This document shows positions 9,173 to 11,000 of a DNA stretch of 11,000 nucleotides, piece after piece (position 1 is the stretch's first letter; every line of letters starts with the position of its first letter). A model generated the notes under the pieces. It searched no databases. It was not told the DNA's origin and saw only the letters and a list, made by a program, of their open reading frames with translations. This DNA is from Octopus sinensis. Taxonomy: Eukaryota. Location of the stretch: NCBI RefSeq assembly GCF_006345805.1, contig NW_021827207.1:1-11000 (forward strand), given 5' to 3'. Made by a program: the position numbers and the translations under genes.

Positions 9173-10061
9173 TTAATGCAGAGATTGAGTCTCTTGTACA
9201 ATAACGATAACTCTTAAAATACTGGTTGCTTCGAACAAAAATGATGATGCGCATTTTTGAAGAAAGATAAGCACTCGCAAAGACGAGATCGCGATAAGGT
9301 TTTATTTTCCGAAGGAAACAGTTTTAATTATTTTAGTATTACATTATATATTGAAAAAATATATAGAACTCCCACTCATTCATATTTCTTCTTTTATTAG
9401 AATTTTGAGAGCTTATTTCGTGTTTGAAGAACGTTTTTTTTTTCAACGAATCTGAAACCGGACTTTAGCTGTTAGTTCTGAGAAAGAATCAGTCAAAGTA
9501 AACGTTAATTTCATGGGCAGACTTAATATTGTTATTCCAAACTTTTATATCATATTTACTTCCTCAAAAATGTCCCATACGGCTAGAATGAGACTCCGAT
9601 AAAATATACCTGTGTTATTAGTGTGGACAGGCTGTACAGACACCAAACAGGCTGAGTTTATTTTTGTTGAAGAATATTGTGAAGTAAGTGTTAAGTGCTG
9701 GAAAAGTTTGTCCTTGAAACCACCGCAAATTGCATGTTGCATTAATCTATAGATATCAGATCTTCTTGCGAATTCTCTTTTAAAAAAAATCAATGGAAAT
9801 ATTTAAGCACAATATAACGTTTTTAAAATCATAAGCACGGTAAGCATTTTGAGGGAGGAGAGAGGAAATATAAGTCAAGAATATCAACCACAGTACATAA
9901 CTGATATTTATTATACCAGTCAGCGAAGGAACCTCTGTGTAGGTGATTAATCTACTAGAAAGAGTAGCTAAGGACCTAAAAATATTGAATGCTTGTGATT
10001 GAAAAACTCTTGATCATAGGAATATTCAAGGAGACAATCTTGGCGTGGAACTACTATTAAT

Positions 10062-10170
10062 ACTACTTATACATTTTATCGAACCTGAAAGACGAGAAAG
10101 AAAAGTTGATACCGACGGGATTTGAACACACAAAAATCAAACATTGCATAAAAACATAACTACCAGCAGA
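10062..10170 (-). mobile_element. Degenerate SINE family 2 fragment
   Basis: Reverse complement of 10074-10130 is TGTGTTCAAATCCCGTCGGTATCAACTTTTCTTTCTCGTCTTTCAGGTTCGATAAAA: a B-box GTTCAAATCC plus the motifs shared with 9111-9167 and 1820-1868. Confidence 0.65.
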
Positions 10171-10697
10171 ATAAAAAAAAATGAAATGTTCTTTTTCCAT
10201 TAGATATACAGAGTGTATAATTTAGAAGAAAGTGGAGAAATGGGTCCGTTTTGACAATTCAACATTTCTCAAGACCAGACCAATATTTTCTTTCAAATGA
10301 ACTGAAAAGACTTACACTGGAAGTTGTATTAAAATAATATACCATGGTCTTGATAAGCACTAATTCCATAAGAATAGAAAGTGATGATTTCCGACATAAT
10401 GACATAGACATAATGACATAAGTTTTGCAAGAAGAGAATGTCAATCAAATTCACTCCAATATTTGATACAGTTATCGACATTGAAAGAATAGGGAAGAAA
10501 AATCTTCTAGACACTGGTACGATTTGACATAAAATAACGTTCTGATTTTTCTAGTTGCGTTACTATTCAATTATTTTCTCCGTTGTTCAACCTAACTTGC
10601 AATGACAAAAAAAATCGTGTAAGCTGGAATCCATATTATCAATCTAGCTCTTAGAAACACTGACTAGACTTCTTTCAAATCATACCTTACGTTTTAA

Positions 10698-10756
10698 TCT
10701 ATCTATCGATCTATCTATCTATCTAGCCACCTCTCTCTCTCACTCTCTCTCTCTCA

Positions 10757-10824
<68 letters not shown>

Positions 10825-10833
10825 ATATATATA

Positions 10834-10868
<35 letters not shown>

Positions 10869-10910
10869 ATATATATATATAATGTATGTATATACATATG
10901 CATATATATA
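10698..10910. repeat. Compound (TATC)n/(CT)n/(TA)n microsatellite
   Basis: (TATC)n at 10698-10725, (CT)n with CACT interruptions to ~10778, then two (TATC)n-(TA)n blocks. Confidence 0.95.
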
Positions 10911-11000
10911 ATGGTGACAAAAGATAATGTACTAGTAGATACACTATGCCTGGTAAAAACAAGACTTCTGGTCACGAATGTAAAGGCTTTTTGAATAAGT

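Noticed and set aside
9683-9688. Plus-strand GTAAGT donor after a short open frame
   Set aside because: In-frame stop at 9600-9602 and no convincing acceptor; such hexamers occur by chance in 11 kb.
10393-10420. 14-bp tandem duplication (GACATAATGACATA)x2
   Set aside because: Ordinary short slippage duplication with no further structure.

Overview
AT-rich, microsatellite-dense eukaryotic non-coding DNA (intron or intergenic); simple repeats make up roughly a fifth of the window by rough manual tally. No gene can be confidently identified, and most listed ORFs are artefacts of (TA)n, (CA)n, (GATA)n and (CAT)n tracts. Recognisable content: a decayed 3' fragment of a CR1/L2-type LINE reverse transcriptase (minus strand, ~1165-1770); two copies of a tRNA-derived SINE (near full length at 2412-2820 +, truncated at 7316-7638 -); and several older fragments of a second tRNA-derived SINE family. 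From memory, both SINE families resemble abundant Octopus SINEs, so a cephalopod origin is likely (inference, not searched). The most unusual structures are a perfect 108-bp palindrome centred on (TA)14 at 4372-4479, a diverged ~227-bp tandem duplication hidden in the (CAT)n tract, and a weak candidate minus-strand exon at 4061-3897 with hydrophobic readings. I see no convincing evidence of a new biological system.
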